Shown here: positions 1 through 10,917 of the stretch, piece by piece
Layout: every line of letters starts with the position of its first letter
Numbering within the stretch: position 1 is the stretch's first letter
Assembly: GCA_022813865.1 (NCBI GenBank)
Contig: JALDZX010000029.1
Location: forward strand, 248,001 to 277,005
DNA: 29,005 nt
Reading direction: 5' to 3'
Source: Xylographa opegraphella
Lineage: Eukaryota
Translations under genes and position numbers: made by a program
Notes under the pieces: model-generated
The model's input: only the letters and a program-made list of their open reading frames with translations
Database searches by the model: none
What the model was told of the DNA's origin: nothing

Positions 1-306
1 CACTCGTTGCTTGTTCACCTGCATCTACAAATACTTTACCCGCCTCGTAGTCTCCTAGGTTTTCGAGATCACAGACTTTGCTCGGCATGAGTTACCGTTC
101 AATTTCCTTCCCCGGGACTTGATTCAGCATCAGCAATTCCCCCATAATCGTCAAGCGATGGCTGTCTTCCGTTTTCCTCCTGGTATGGTCATCAACGGAG
201 CTCGAATATACTTCAAGAAAAGGCAGAAGGAAGGGTCGGAATTCAAGCGTACGGCGAACAAGGCTGAACTTTTAGTAGCCAGCCAAGTTCGGCTGGCCCG
301 TTCAAT

Positions 307-368
307 ACGGAACAACAGTCCCTTGTTATACGAAATAACGGAACAACAGTCCCTTGTTATACGAAATA
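307..368. repeat. Perfect 31-bp tandem duplication (ACGGAACAACAGTCCCTTGTTATACGAAATA x2)
   Basis: Copies at 307-337 and 338-368 are identical and head-to-tail. Located downstream of the PDI gene stop. Confidence 0.95.
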
Positions 369-799
369 CAGGGAGTATGGGCGGCTACATATGGAGCACT
401 GCTATCAAAGTCCGATCATTGAAAGCCATGGAACCTATCTTGCATGATTGGTGTCGAATGTGCAGCCAGTGATTTATCGGGCAACCTGAACATGTTATTC
501 GATCTCACATTGCGTTCCCACTTTGTAGACTGTCCCTCCAAACGAACACGAAGCCCGATCAAGAGAGATATAAAATTCCATAAAAACATCACGCACGCGA
601 GGATAGTGTACAAACTGCTGTCCAGCCACGCCCTCAACGACGTCTATCCGTTTTACTCTCAGCTGTATACGTCGGTCTCTAAAATGAATCAACTTCCGAT
701 CCCTTCCCACCACAAACGCCAAGGAATGGTGTGAACCCAGATCATTGCGAACCCGTACAATAGCCCCTGTGCAGCAACCCAGAGCATGCCAAGAAATAA

Positions 800-3208
800 C
801 TAATCAACTTTACCCGTTCCCCCACCGCTCAATAGTCCTTCCTTGCCATCAAGCTGGAAGAACCCTCCGTTGGTACTGCCCTTGGTCCTTCGTATCCTGC
901 CGCGACCCCAGTACGCTAGTAGAACCAGAGCACCCGCGCAAAGGCCGAGGGATAGCCAGGGATGAGTGGCCGATGCACTCCGGGCCTGGTAGAACGTGCG
1001 TTGGACGGCACCGGTGGTGTACTTTGGCGAGATCTTGGGAGGATCATAGATAACTTTGGTGAGAGTCTCCAGGATTGAGGTACGCGAGGGGACGATTGGG
1101 GCACCGGAGGCTGTGGTGTCCCAATACCGTTTGTTCTGCTTCGATGTCAGCCGCGGTACTCACTTGGGTACAATTTGTGAAGGTACTTACGTCCTCGTCG
1201 TTGATGATGACTCTCTCTCCATCCTTGACTTGGATTCCGTACGTCGTCCTTATCCATCTTTCCCAGAATACACCATCAACCCATGCGAAACCGACTTGCT
1301 TTCTGTCCTCTTCGCTGATATCGATCACAATCGTCTTGGCTTGACGTAGCGCCCTTTGATCGTTACGGTCCTCGGCTTCCTCGATCCGAAGCTGCTTGGC
1401 ATCCCGCTGCTCCTGTCTCTCCAACTGGAACGCGTGCGTCTCACGGTCCATCCATTCCAGTGCCGCGTTCTTGATTTCACGCTTGTCGAGGCTGAACTCA
1501 TCGGAACGTTCTCGCGACAGAATTCCAAGAACAACGACACGACCATGCATGATCTCACGCGAGTTGGTTGCCGTGAGCTCCGGTACGATGGGTAGCCAGA
1601 CAGTCTGCATCCACTCAAGTACTCTGCGGTAATCTCGCATGTCTTTAGGAGCCAATGCATTATAGTAGCTAGGTCTACCGTCTCTTGACACAACCAGTCT
1701 CGGCCAGGTGTGGATCTTGAATCTGTCAGACAGTACAGAACTGTCTGTCTTGACGAGCTTTGCATGTCCAATCAGGCTCAGCGTTATTCGGTCGAGTGCT
1801 GCAAAGTCTTCAGGCGTAGTTGCATGATCATAGAAATACACAAAGATGACTTCTTCAGTCTCTTCCATCTCTTTGAATGTTGCTGCATCAACATACTCGA
1901 CGCCCATCCCGATATCTAGGGCTTTTTTTGCATAGCTTACGAGGTCACCTAATCCTCGCAAGCCATCATACTCAACACGTTCGCCGCCACGGAAGAAGTG
2001 GATTGTGGGATATCCTCTTACACGAACCTCTTTACACAACCGAGTCTCCACATCACAATTGACTTCTCCAATGTTGAGTTGTCCTTTGAGCTCTTTAGAC
2101 ATCTGGAGCCAGTTGGGCGCAAGCGCTTGGCAGTGATGACACCAGGGGGCATAGAACTTGATGAACCACGGATCTCGAGTTGTGGTCACCAGCTTTTGGA
2201 AGCTCTCTTGGGTTAATGGAATTGAGGTTCCAGCAGGATTTGGTATCGCAGTCGGCTTCGTCGGTTTAGATATTTGTGTAGCGGAGAGAGTTTCTCTAGC
2301 AGTAGCCACCCCTGCTGCAGTGTTTGTAGCCATATCTTTGTGTAGTTGACCGGCGGCCGCGCCGGCAGCCGCATCCTTGTCCTTTGCTAGTGGGACCTCA
2401 GGTTCTCCTGCTCCGACCGAGACATCTCCGGGTTCTGGTAGCTTCAAGCCTTCTACTGGCCGAGACCCAGGCTTAATCGACTCCAGTGTTTCTTCGATAA
2501 AGTGACTGAGATGCTCCATATCCTTCCTCTCGTCAAATCTTCTTACTTCTTGCCCATTTTTGTAAAGTACAAAGGTAGGAAACGCGCCGATGTTATGCTC
2601 ATTACAGGCATTCCCCCATGCTATACAATCAAGAGAAGCGAAATGGAAATTATAGTATGGCGTAAAGGAATTTAGTGACGAATGAGGCTTAGACGACTTA
2701 GCAACGGATGGGAGCGGGTTCGATGTCTATATCGTTTAGCAGTGCTATACTCGAATATCGCCAAAGCACCTTACATAATAGAACTCGTATAATGTCTGCC
2801 ATGTTGGTGCGATTGCAATGCAGTGGTGGCAATACGGCGAAAAGTGCTTCACGAACCTTTTGGGGCTATCAGTATAATTTTTCGTATATCGCCTATGTCA
2901 TTCCAAGGAGATACAGCCATGAAAACCGCGTCTTACCAATATCCATCTTTCGTTTCTTCATCAAAAGTCTCCCCGCTCAGATCTTTCATTGGTGGTACGT
3001 CCATTCCGTTAAAAACGGTGGACCCATTTATATTATCATCTCCTTCCGGTGCCGCAAGGGCTTCTTCCGCTGTCGCTGGTGGCGACGTGTATGTCCCTAG
3101 CACATCCTCTTCTAAGTCTGCGAGATGGGCGGTCTCGGGGCTTGGGGACGAGATAGTCGGAGACACAAGGGCAAAGGCGAAAAGTAGTCTCGGTATAATA
3201 GTGCGCAT
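800..3208 (-). CDS. ER membrane-anchored protein disulfide isomerase family protein (Eps1-like) with two thioredoxin CxxC motifs; exons 3208-2937, 2856-2775, 2726-1191, 1135-800
   Basis: N-terminal signal peptide (MRTIIPRLLFAFALVS). Splicing gives YWFVKHFSPYCHHC, and a second thioredoxin motif reads WFIKFYAPWCHHC...RGYPTI. All three introns are GTAAG...AG. The last exon encodes a hydrophobic segment (WLSLGLCAGALVLLAYW), a basic tail and a C-terminal GKVD before TAG at 802-800. Confidence 0.88.
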
Positions 3209-3585
3209 GATGAGCTAATATGTGGTGTTGGAGTCAGGCGGAAGGACTGCGAGGAATCTCGAGATATAGGTCTAGGAGCGTGATATCGGTATCCTAGGGC
3301 ATGGAATGGCTTTTCGATTCTTTCAAGTCGTAGAAAGCTTCAGTGTCCTACGACAAGTAAGGCGCAAGCAATGTCGACAGACAAAGCTAGGAACAACATC
3401 CGCAGAGCTCCTCAACGGATCTGATTCTGGCTGCGACGAACGAGATAGATTGCAGAGCACCAGATCTTACATGCATGGAAGTAGGTCTAGCCTTGTTGCC
3501 CCTTGAGGCTAATGCGCTTTAAAGTCTTGGCGTTATAGAAACTCTTGTGGCTATACATTACTTGTCATGATCGCAGTATAAAATC

Positions 3586-4369
3586 CTACGCATTATAAGC
3601 TGTAAGGTTCTTGTATGTATCGCAATAAAACTGTTTCATATTAGAGTACTCTGCTAGCCAGCATTTCTGTATAATGTTCCCACAAAAAACATAGTCGACG
3701 TTTGGGAGATTGCCAAGCAAGTGCCGGACCTACTGGCGCTCGAAAAGGCTGCATTCGTACCACTCCCAGATTACGATTGAGTAGATAATGCAGCCAAGGT
3801 GAAAAATATCGGCTTGCGCAGTCAAGCCGTTGTCACTGGCCATGTTGATATCGGCGTCTAACGGTATCAGATAGCACTGGCCAAAATCGATCAATTTGAG
3901 GGATAGGTCGTCAGCGACGTATATTTCGAAGCGCCATGTCATCGACCAGAACATTCGAGCTGTGAAAGTGGAATACAGTCTTGATATGGTTTAGATTTCA
4001 TCTAGCTTTCCGAGAACGATCAACTTCGGCCTCGCTCGTGATATAGATTTCGAGATCATCTCGCTTATAAAGAGCAAGCCGGATACCGTCTGCTGAAATA
4101 TTGATACGTTTAGCTATCCCGTCACAACGTCCTACCCGCAAATAAATTGCTTTCTCCCGTGCGAATGCTCCGCAGTTGACTTCATTGACGTATTCTTGAC
4201 CCCCACGATCCATTCATGCATGGATGTAAGGTCTCGAACTTTGGGAATTTTAAGAGCATGAGAGCCGTCAAGCAAGACAATAGAGTTGGTCCCAGTTCCA
4301 TGTCCCAGTTCCATGGAATGTCTCAGTAAAATAATGAAAGCGAATTCCATTGCGCTTCAAAAACGACAT
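3586..4369 (-). pseudogene. Protein kinase-like pseudogene
   Basis: Kinase motifs are colinear across frames: G-loop-like HGTGTNS and ALKIPK, EKAIYLRVG, catalytic-loop-like LVDDMALRNI, LKLIDFGQ, ADIFHLG, IIQKCW. Interrupted by a 13-bp duplication (4289-4314), frameshifts near 4213 and 3920, and in-frame stops at 4000-3998 and 3732-3730. Confidence 0.85.
4289..4314. repeat. 13-bp tandem duplication (GTCCCAGTTCCAT x2) that frameshifts the kinase pseudogene
   Basis: Seen directly at 4289-4301 and 4302-4314. Removing one copy restores an open frame from ATG 4369 (MSFLKRNGIRFHYFTETFHGTGTNS). Confidence 0.9.
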
Positions 4370-4763
4370 GAAAGTGCCGACAAGTGCTAGGGTGGTACAG
4401 GTTGAAGATTGCCAATCAAGACGTGACGATATTTCCAATCTGTAAAACAGTGAAAATTATCAACCGTTATTTACTGCGTATTGTACTGCCTCAGTAGATA
4501 CCTCAGATTGGCGAATCAAGTTTTGCAGCCGGTATTCTTTCCCACTGCGTGGAACGTGGAATGTGTCACGTGTCACGCTTTCAAGGGAGGCATGGCAAGT
4601 TAATGTAGACTGCTTTGAACTCTATTCTAACAATTCCTGAAGGGCTTCTCAATATAAGGAATACAGGTGAACCTCATGTCTACTTCTTGCTCGCATAAAA
4701 AAGAACGAGAAGCAGCAGAAATAGGAATACAGTAGACCAATTCCGGCTCCTATGTTGGGACTT

Positions 4764-6479
4764 TCAGCGCCCCCCAACCTGACCCTTTGGAATAGGCTTG
4801 ATCCAGCTTAACGCCAGATTGATCCCAATCGTCATAACTCCAATGATCCAGAAGGTTCGAGCATAGTCTGTCTTTTCGGTTCTGAAAAGAATGGCAAAGA
4901 TCACTCCTCCGAGATTGCCGGCCGCTCCAGTGCAGCCAGACACAATGCCATTGGCGTGGGGGTGGACGTGGGGAACAAGGGAGAAGTTCGCGCCATTACC
5001 TGCTTCGAGGAAGAAGGCCATGCCAGCGATCAAAGCCATCATCGTGGCCTTTGAGTGCGGGTCGATCATACCGATTGTTATAAGGAAAGCGCCGGTGACG
5101 ATGGCAACTCCGTGGATCCAGAATTTCTTGCCCCAGACACCTGTGTATCGGTAGATCATATCGCTGATGAAGCCACCAGCGGGTCTGAAGAAGATGTTTA
5201 AAAGTCCAAACATGGCAGCCCAGCGTCCACTGCCACTTTGGCCGAGGTCTTCGAAATTTTTAATATAATACGACCCGAGGATGGAATTGATGGCTAGCTC
5301 AGCACCGAAGGAGCAGAAATAGGTCCCACACATGACGAGAGTTTGCAGAGAGAGGATGACAGGCAGTGCTTCTTTGAAGGATGGTTTTTGGACAATCTCG
5401 CCACAGGCAATATCAAGTACATGCTGTTGAGTTATTTGCGCCTCGCCGTCGTCACCTGCACCGGGTTTGTCGGTAGTGTAATAGTCGTTACTCTTGCCGC
5501 TGGTCTTGTCCGGCTTCCCGTCGAGGCCGGGAGACGATCCCTGCTTCTCTGTGGTCCTATCGGTGATATCAACTGCAACGCCGGTGATCACATGGCTGGT
5601 GATGTTGTTTTTGATAGCTAGATGACGCTCCGACCATTTGCCTGTAGGGGTATCTGGGCAGAGCAACAACATCGCGATGCCAGTCGCTGTGATGACGATG
5701 AATGGCACGATGAATGTAATACGCCACGCGACATGTGCGCTCAGATGCTGTGTTCTCACGAGAGACTCGAAGATGGCGGGCATAAAGAAGTAAGTGATGC
5801 CTCCACCAGCGTTGCCGAAGCCTCCAGTCAATGCATTCGCAGTGCCGACGATATTCTTGTCGAAGAAGCCAGTGGACCAGACCTGACACGGTACGAAGCT
5901 ACCGCCCAATATACCGATGAAGAAGCGTAGGGCAAGGAGACCCTGTATGTTAGTGACAGCTCCTGCTAAAGCAGTAGGAATAGCGCCGGCCAGGAGGCAG
6001 CCTACGAAGGTGTACCGAGGACCGAATCGATCACAGGACGGTCCAGCGATAAGTCGGACCAGGAGGCTAAAGACAGTGAGACACTGGTTCTAGCGAAAGA
6101 TGACAGCCATAACTTACGTGGCGCACAAGGAAACAATATTTGAGTTGGCAACATCAGTTTTGGACAAGCCGAGGTCTTTGGCAATGGTTTCGCTTAACTA
6201 GAAAAGTTCTGAGCATGGCACTCAATGATTGTTGACCGAACAATCCTGCATACCAGTGGTGGGAAAGCATACCTATGTTGATTAGCCTCAAACTCGATTG
6301 AAGCAGCTGCGGCAAAATAAGACTTACCAAGACCAAAAGGCCACAAAAAAGCCAAACCAGGAGAAGAAGAAGACGCGACCATAAAGGTTCAGAGGATTGA
6401 GACCGGGAATAGAGCGAGCCTTACGGTTTACCGGATTAACTTCGGGAGCCTTCCACAAGGTGGTAATATCGAAGCCCAT
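4764..6479 (-). CDS. nrtA: High-affinity nitrate transporter, MFS nitrate/nitrite porter family (NRT2; NrtA/CrnA/NIT-10-like); exons 6479-6328, 6272-6254, 6197-6118, 6066-4764
   Basis: Typical fungal NRT2 N-terminus ([18 protein letters not shown]...[12 protein letters not shown]). Nitrate-signature motifs GGFGNAGGG and GAAGNLGG, conserved arginines in LLVRLIAG and FFRPAGG, and [10 protein letters not shown]. Three GT-AG introns keep the frame. Orthology to nrtA versus nrtB is not resolved. Confidence 0.93.
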
Positions 6480-7027
6480 GATGAACTCCTCGGGGCGGAA
6501 AAATGTAGGGCAAGCAGTCGACTCGAGTGTGTCGGTCAGGTTCCGATGTGTGGAATGAACCAATTCACTTCATACAGACGCCCGAACACTGGGGAGAGAG
6601 CGAAAGGATGAGAACGATGTTCGAGATATAGGACTGGAGGGAAAACCAAGGCAAGACTGCGATCTACCTTCTCCGATGTATCTCAGCGGTATCGCCAAGA
6701 AGCAGCTGCAAATCTCTACCGCGGACAGCTTCTGCGAGAGACATCTCGCCGAGAACAGCGATAGCGATTTGACGGAATCAAGGAGATCGTTCCGCGCGTG
6801 ATTTCGAACAGCCCTCCAGAGGTCTGTGGAATTCGCCATCCTGGATTCATCTCAGAGCATGGTGAGTGGAGATGCTTTCAGGGACAGTGACGAGGCAAAT
6901 CTTGGTGCGCGTCCACAATTGAAAAAGAAGGGTCTCGAAGCGGGCGTGAGAGGCCGGAGGGGGGGTAGCGGCAGGACACGCTGGACTTTGGAGTGTCCGA
7001 CTGAGCAAGCACACCATATTGAAGTGA

Positions 7028-7058
7028 GATAAAGATTCGGATAGTCTGATCTCTTATC
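7028..7058. promoter_or_regulatory. Cluster of GATA sites (candidate AreA/NIT2 binding) upstream of the nitrate transporter
   Basis: GATAAA at 7028, GATAG at 7040 and TTATC at 7054 lie within about 30 bp, roughly 550 bp upstream of the NRT2 ATG. Further GATA sites occur near 7303 and 7337. Confidence 0.5.
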
Positions 7059-7395
7059 AACAGCAGCCAACATAAGCTTCACTGAATCTATGCGAGCATA
7101 CAACCCACGTCCGGGCTCACTTAGGTAATGTAAATTCCATGCATCGCAGGGGACTTGGCGCCGAGAGTCTTTGGTCAAGCAGATGCCTCTGGGGCAATGT
7201 ATGTGTGGTGCCATAGTTTCATCTTCGGGCCGCCTCCCTGGAAATTTCGCCTTGCTCCACACTTGTCTTCCTGTTTAAACTCCGACACCTCAAATCTTTA
7301 CCGATAGGTAACCGACATAGTTCACACCCATAAAGCTATCGTGTGGTGGTTTTCCACCCGCTTACCACCATTGACAGCCATATGAAATGGCAGCG

Positions 7396-7403
7396 CTCCG
7401 AGG
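7396..7403 (+). promoter_or_regulatory. Candidate NirA/NIT4 binding site (CTCCGAGG)
   Basis: Exact match to the A. nidulans NirA consensus CTCCGHGG, about 920 bp upstream of the nitrate transporter start. Confidence 0.5.
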
Positions 7404-7564
7404 GTCGTTCTGGTCACGCCACCTCACGCCACTCTTCCTCCTCCCTGTCATGCTACATTTTTGTCTTTGCGTCTGCAGCTACTGGTAGGAGCCCTCCATG
7501 GTCTTTAGGAATAGTCGGGTGAAGGGCATCTCTAAACGGACTCCATTTGCGAGAAGACTACTTC

Positions 7565-7573
7565 CACAGCCTC
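7565..7573 (-). promoter_or_regulatory. Candidate Crz1/CrzA calcineurin-response element (GAGGCTGTG)
   Basis: Plus-strand CACAGCCTC contains the GAGGCTG CDRE core on the minus strand. Related CACAGCCAA at 8392-8400 and GAGGCT at 8109-8114. Confidence 0.4.
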
Positions 7574-8059
7574 GCTAAATATATCAATGCCGCATTTGCA
7601 AGCGTTATTGGAAGCGCGTCCGAAGACTTGTGCTTCTATGCCTCACTTTGTAGCCAATTCTAAGGAATAGCGGCCGATTCCGTAACTCTCGCCAATGGTC
7701 GTAGCACCGCGGCGATGCCACAGTGACAACCAGATTGCTTGGGGGTCCGAGGCGTGTCGTGACGCGAGTTACAATCAATCAATCAGCCCAGTCCTCCCTA
7801 CCGAGAGGTTTTCCATACATATCCACAAACAATGGAATGGAAATCTTCTTGACAGTCTGCTCAGCACCAACAGTCTGAAATTGCACGAATACGTCCAGCG
7901 GACTCAAGGTAATGGATTTAGGCGAGCTAAGCGCCAAGCGACTAGGGCACGAAAGGGAGCTCTGGCGGAGATGTACAGATACAGACAACGTCTTTACATC
8001 CAGATAGGCTCCACGAACGAGGTGCCACCGATCGATGTAAGTTTGTGAAAAAGTAATGG

Positions 8060-8280
8060 GCCAAGAAGCTACGGAATCACCTCGATTCTGCGGGTCTCTT
8101 GGCGCCGCGAGGCTCTTGGCGCAGGCGAGATGCTTGGCGCCGCGTGGTACTTGGCGCACTGTATGGACGAAGGGGGTCCGCATACCTTTACGTTTCCGCG
8201 GATGATAATCAAGTATACCGTATCGTAGGAACAGTTTGACCAGGAGATGACGACGCAAGTGATGCATGCCGTTTCTTGGC
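8060..8280. promoter_or_regulatory. Cluster and tandem array of PacC/Rim101-type sites (GCCARG) upstream of the phosphate symporter
   Basis: GCCAAG at 8060, CTTGGCGC at 8098, 8115, 8133 and 8150, and CTTGGC at 8275. Additional sites at 7933 (GCCAAG) and 8652 (GCCAGG). Confidence 0.7.
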
Positions 8281-8409
8281 TGGACAGATTGTCTGCGGAA
8301 AGATGAGCTAGGGGTTTTCAGCCCACGCCCAGAGCAGGACATCGCCTCAGGCGCTTTGTAGATCTCTCGCACGACTCAATATTAAAGACTTCACAGCCAA
8401 CTGTGAGCC

Positions 8410-8415
8410 CACGTG
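8410..8415. promoter_or_regulatory. Candidate Pho4/NUC-1/PalcA E-box (CACGTG in CCCACGTGG)
   Basis: Exact bHLH phosphate-regulon consensus, 260 bp upstream of the phosphate transporter ATG. Confidence 0.6.
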
Positions 8416-8669
8416 GTGAACATGAAGCCTAGGATGAAGTCTCCTTTTCTCGCGAGGCGTCCGTCGCCGGGCGATGCTCTTTACAGATGGTTGTCTGGTC
8501 TGTTGCCAGCGAGAGTAGCAGCATTGGATGACGAGATCACTCTTTTCCGGGCCAGAAGGCGAGAACGACTTAAATAACGCTCTTCTCTCTGTTTAATCCT
8601 ATCTTACGCCGTTTCCAATCGAGTCCCTCACCATCGCCTTCAGGAAAACTCGCCAGGACCTGACGCAAG

Positions 8670-10364
8670 ATGCCTCTCTCGCAATATGACTGGATCCTTG
8701 CAGTGATCACGATTGCCTTTTGCTGCAGCGCATTCGGAAATGGCGCCAACGACGTTGCCAACTCGTACGCAACTTCAGTCGCCGCCCAGACGCTCAAGCT
8801 ATGGCAAGCAGGCATCCTGGCCATCATCACCGAGTTCGTGGGAGCCGTTGCATTGGGTGCTAGGGTGACCTCCACAATCAAGAATAGCATTATCGACATC
8901 AACAGATTCAACGGAAAGCCAGGTGTTTTGATCCTTGCCATGGCCTGCTCCGAAGTAGGCAGTGCCACTTGGTTGTTTATTGCGACCCGGCTAGGATTTC
9001 CCGTATCTACGACGCAGACCATTGTCGGAGCCTTGATCGGTGTTGGCTATGCCTCGGGAGCAACCGTCACATGGGGCTGGGAGAAAGGCAGTGTTTCTCA
9101 GGTCGCTGCGTCTTGGGCCATCGCCCCTTGCCTCGCCGGGGCCATTGCGGCGGTCTTATTCGCGACTCTCAAATATGCGGTCCTTGAACGTCGAGATCCG
9201 TTCAAATGGGCCATGCGCCTGATTCCCTTCTATCTCGCCTTCACCGCAGGCATCCTCGCGCTTTTCATTGTCATCGAGGCGCCAAGCGCACCTTCACTCG
9301 AGGAGTTCGGTGCAGGCAAGGTGGCCGGAATAATCTTGGGCGTTTTCTTCGGAATGCTGATCATTGCATATGTGTTTTTCGTACCATACTTCCATCGCCG
9401 CCTTGTGAAGAACGATGCTCGCGTCAAGTTCTGGCATATCCCTCTCGGACCGATGCTGTGGAAGGACGATCCCTGGCTATATTTCCCTGCCAGAGATGAC
9501 GGCCCCGTGGTCATTGATTACTACGAGGGAGCACATCACGCGAGAAGCGCACCCTCAGCCGACAACGATATCCTACGAGCTCAAGACACCGATCGCAAGG
9601 ATATTCCAGCGTTCGACTCCCCCAATCTGGAGGCCAACGTGGGCGATATTGAATCCAAAGCTCCAGCTAAAGTCTTCCTCGAACCTAGAGCCCGCTTCCT
9701 CCGTTCAACGGATCATCTACCTCTTTACAAGCCCGCCAGAATGTGGGCCTGGCTTCAATTCATCCTACTCCAGGGCGTCTCACGTGACTGCATTACATTC
9801 GACTCCGAGCACCTCAGGAAATCGCACGCCCTTGCCAAAAGATATGACAACAGAGTCGAGCACCTATGGACTTACGCTCAGGTAGCCAGCGCAATGCTCA
9901 TGTCAATCGCACACGGGTCTAACGACGTGGCCAATGCCGTTGGACCATGGTCAGCAGCGTATGCCACCTATCAAGCGGGAACGGTCGAAACAAAATCTCC
10001 CACTCCGGTTTGGATCCTGGCAGTCGCCGGACTCCTGCTCGGCGCGGGTTTCTGGTTCTTCGGCTTTCATGTCGTCAGATCCTTGGGCAATCGAATCACT
10101 CAGGTCTCTCCAACGCGAGGCTACGCCATGGAACTGGGCTCGGCCATCACAGTTCTCCTGGCCTCACGTCTGGCCTTGCCGGTCAGCACGACTCAGTGTT
10201 TGACAGGCGCTGCTGTTGGTGTTGCCCTGATGAACTTTTCGCTGGGGGCCGTGAATTGGAGACAGTTGCTATTCATCCTTTCTGGGTGGATTCTAACATT
10301 GCCTATTGCCGGGTTGATCTCTGGACTTCTTCTGGGAATCGCCCTCAATACCCCTCACTTTTGA
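8670..10364 (+). CDS. PHO89: Sodium-coupled inorganic phosphate symporter, PiT/PHO4 family (Pho89/PHO-4-like), 564 aa, intronless
   Basis: Both PiT signature repeats are present (GNGANDVANS and HGSNDVANA), along with PVSTTQ twice, SPTRGYAMELG and multiple transmembrane segments. Confidence 0.95.
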   Translation: MPLSQYDWILAVITIAFCCSAFGNGANDVANSYATSVAAQTLKLWQAGILAIITEFVGAVALGARVTSTIKNSIIDINRFNGKPGVLILAMACSEVGSATWLFIATRLGFPVSTTQTIVGALIGVGYASGATVTWGWEKGSVSQVAASWAIAPCLAGAIAAVLFATLKYAVLERRDPFKWAMRLIPFYLAFTAGILALFIVIEAPSAPSLEEFGAGKVAGIILGVFFGMLIIAYVFFVPYFHRRLVKNDARVKFWHIPLGPMLWKDDPWLYFPARDDGPVVIDYYEGAHHARSAPSADNDILRAQDTDRKDIPAFDSPNLEANVGDIESKAPAKVFLEPRARFLRSTDHLPLYKPARMWAWLQFILLQGVSRDCITFDSEHLRKSHALAKRYDNRVEHLWTYAQVASAMLMSIAHGSNDVANAVGPWSAAYATYQAGTVETKSPTPVWILAVAGLLLGAGFWFFGFHVVRSLGNRITQVSPTRGYAMELGSAITVLLASRLALPVSTTQCLTGAAVGVALMNFSLGAVNWRQLLFILSGWILTLPIAGLISGLLLGIALNTPHF

Positions 10365-10917
10365 AGTCACTCCGACTCTATTTTCTGGGTTTATCTTCTT
10401 GGTGGTTACCACGAGAAGCGGAATAAGCCATTTAGCTCGTTTGCCGACAGCAACTTCAATTATAGCATAGGAACTTATACAACTCATGTAATAATAGATC
10501 AAGCTTAATAGGCATACATACCCTGCAAATATACCTGAAAATTCAATCTCCAGTCAGTTCTGGTCCCGTTTCTTAATCTTGAGTAATCGGTTACGGGAGT
10601 CCATGGTCTCTGACCTCGTCTCAGCTCCGACGATGAATAGCATAGTCTGATGACGAACCCCAACTGAATCTGATAAGGATCTAGAACATTGAGATCCACA
10701 ACACGAACGGCGAATGCTGACGACTAGTTCTCTTGGAGGGCTCATTATTGGCGTAGGAAGTGTTGTTCCTGACTGCAAGCCAGTATCACATGCTGATCAA
10801 CGGCCACGAGATAATTGCCGAGCAAAGCCAACAGTGAGATGAAGGCGAACCGAGTGAGCCGCGTACCCCACACACTGGACCCTGGAGTAAAGATCGCACC
10901 GTTTCTCGTTACTTCAA

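Noticed and set aside
307..368. CRISPR-like interpretation of the 31-bp repeat
   Set aside because: Only two copies, no spacer, eukaryotic context and no cas genes.
119..734. ORFs 119-472, 416-637, 444-734 and 495-722
   Set aside because: No recognisable motifs, mostly non-ATG starts, and one spans the frame-shifting 31-bp duplication. A gene remnant is not excluded.
1044..1190. ORF-track C-terminus of the PDI (VSTFTNC...QSYL)
   Set aside because: Read-through into intron 1190-1136; the spliced frame gives the transmembrane anchor and tail.
8098..8157. CRISPR-like or coding interpretation of the CTTGGCGC array
   Set aside because: 8-bp repeats with 9-10-bp spacers are far too short, the spacing is not a consistent multiple of 3, and a transcription-factor site array explains it better.
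6570..8372. ORFs in the divergent intergenic region, e.g. 6852-7262, 7695-8048 and 7779-8372
   Set aside because: No domain-like features and they overlap promoter motifs; probably chance ORFs.
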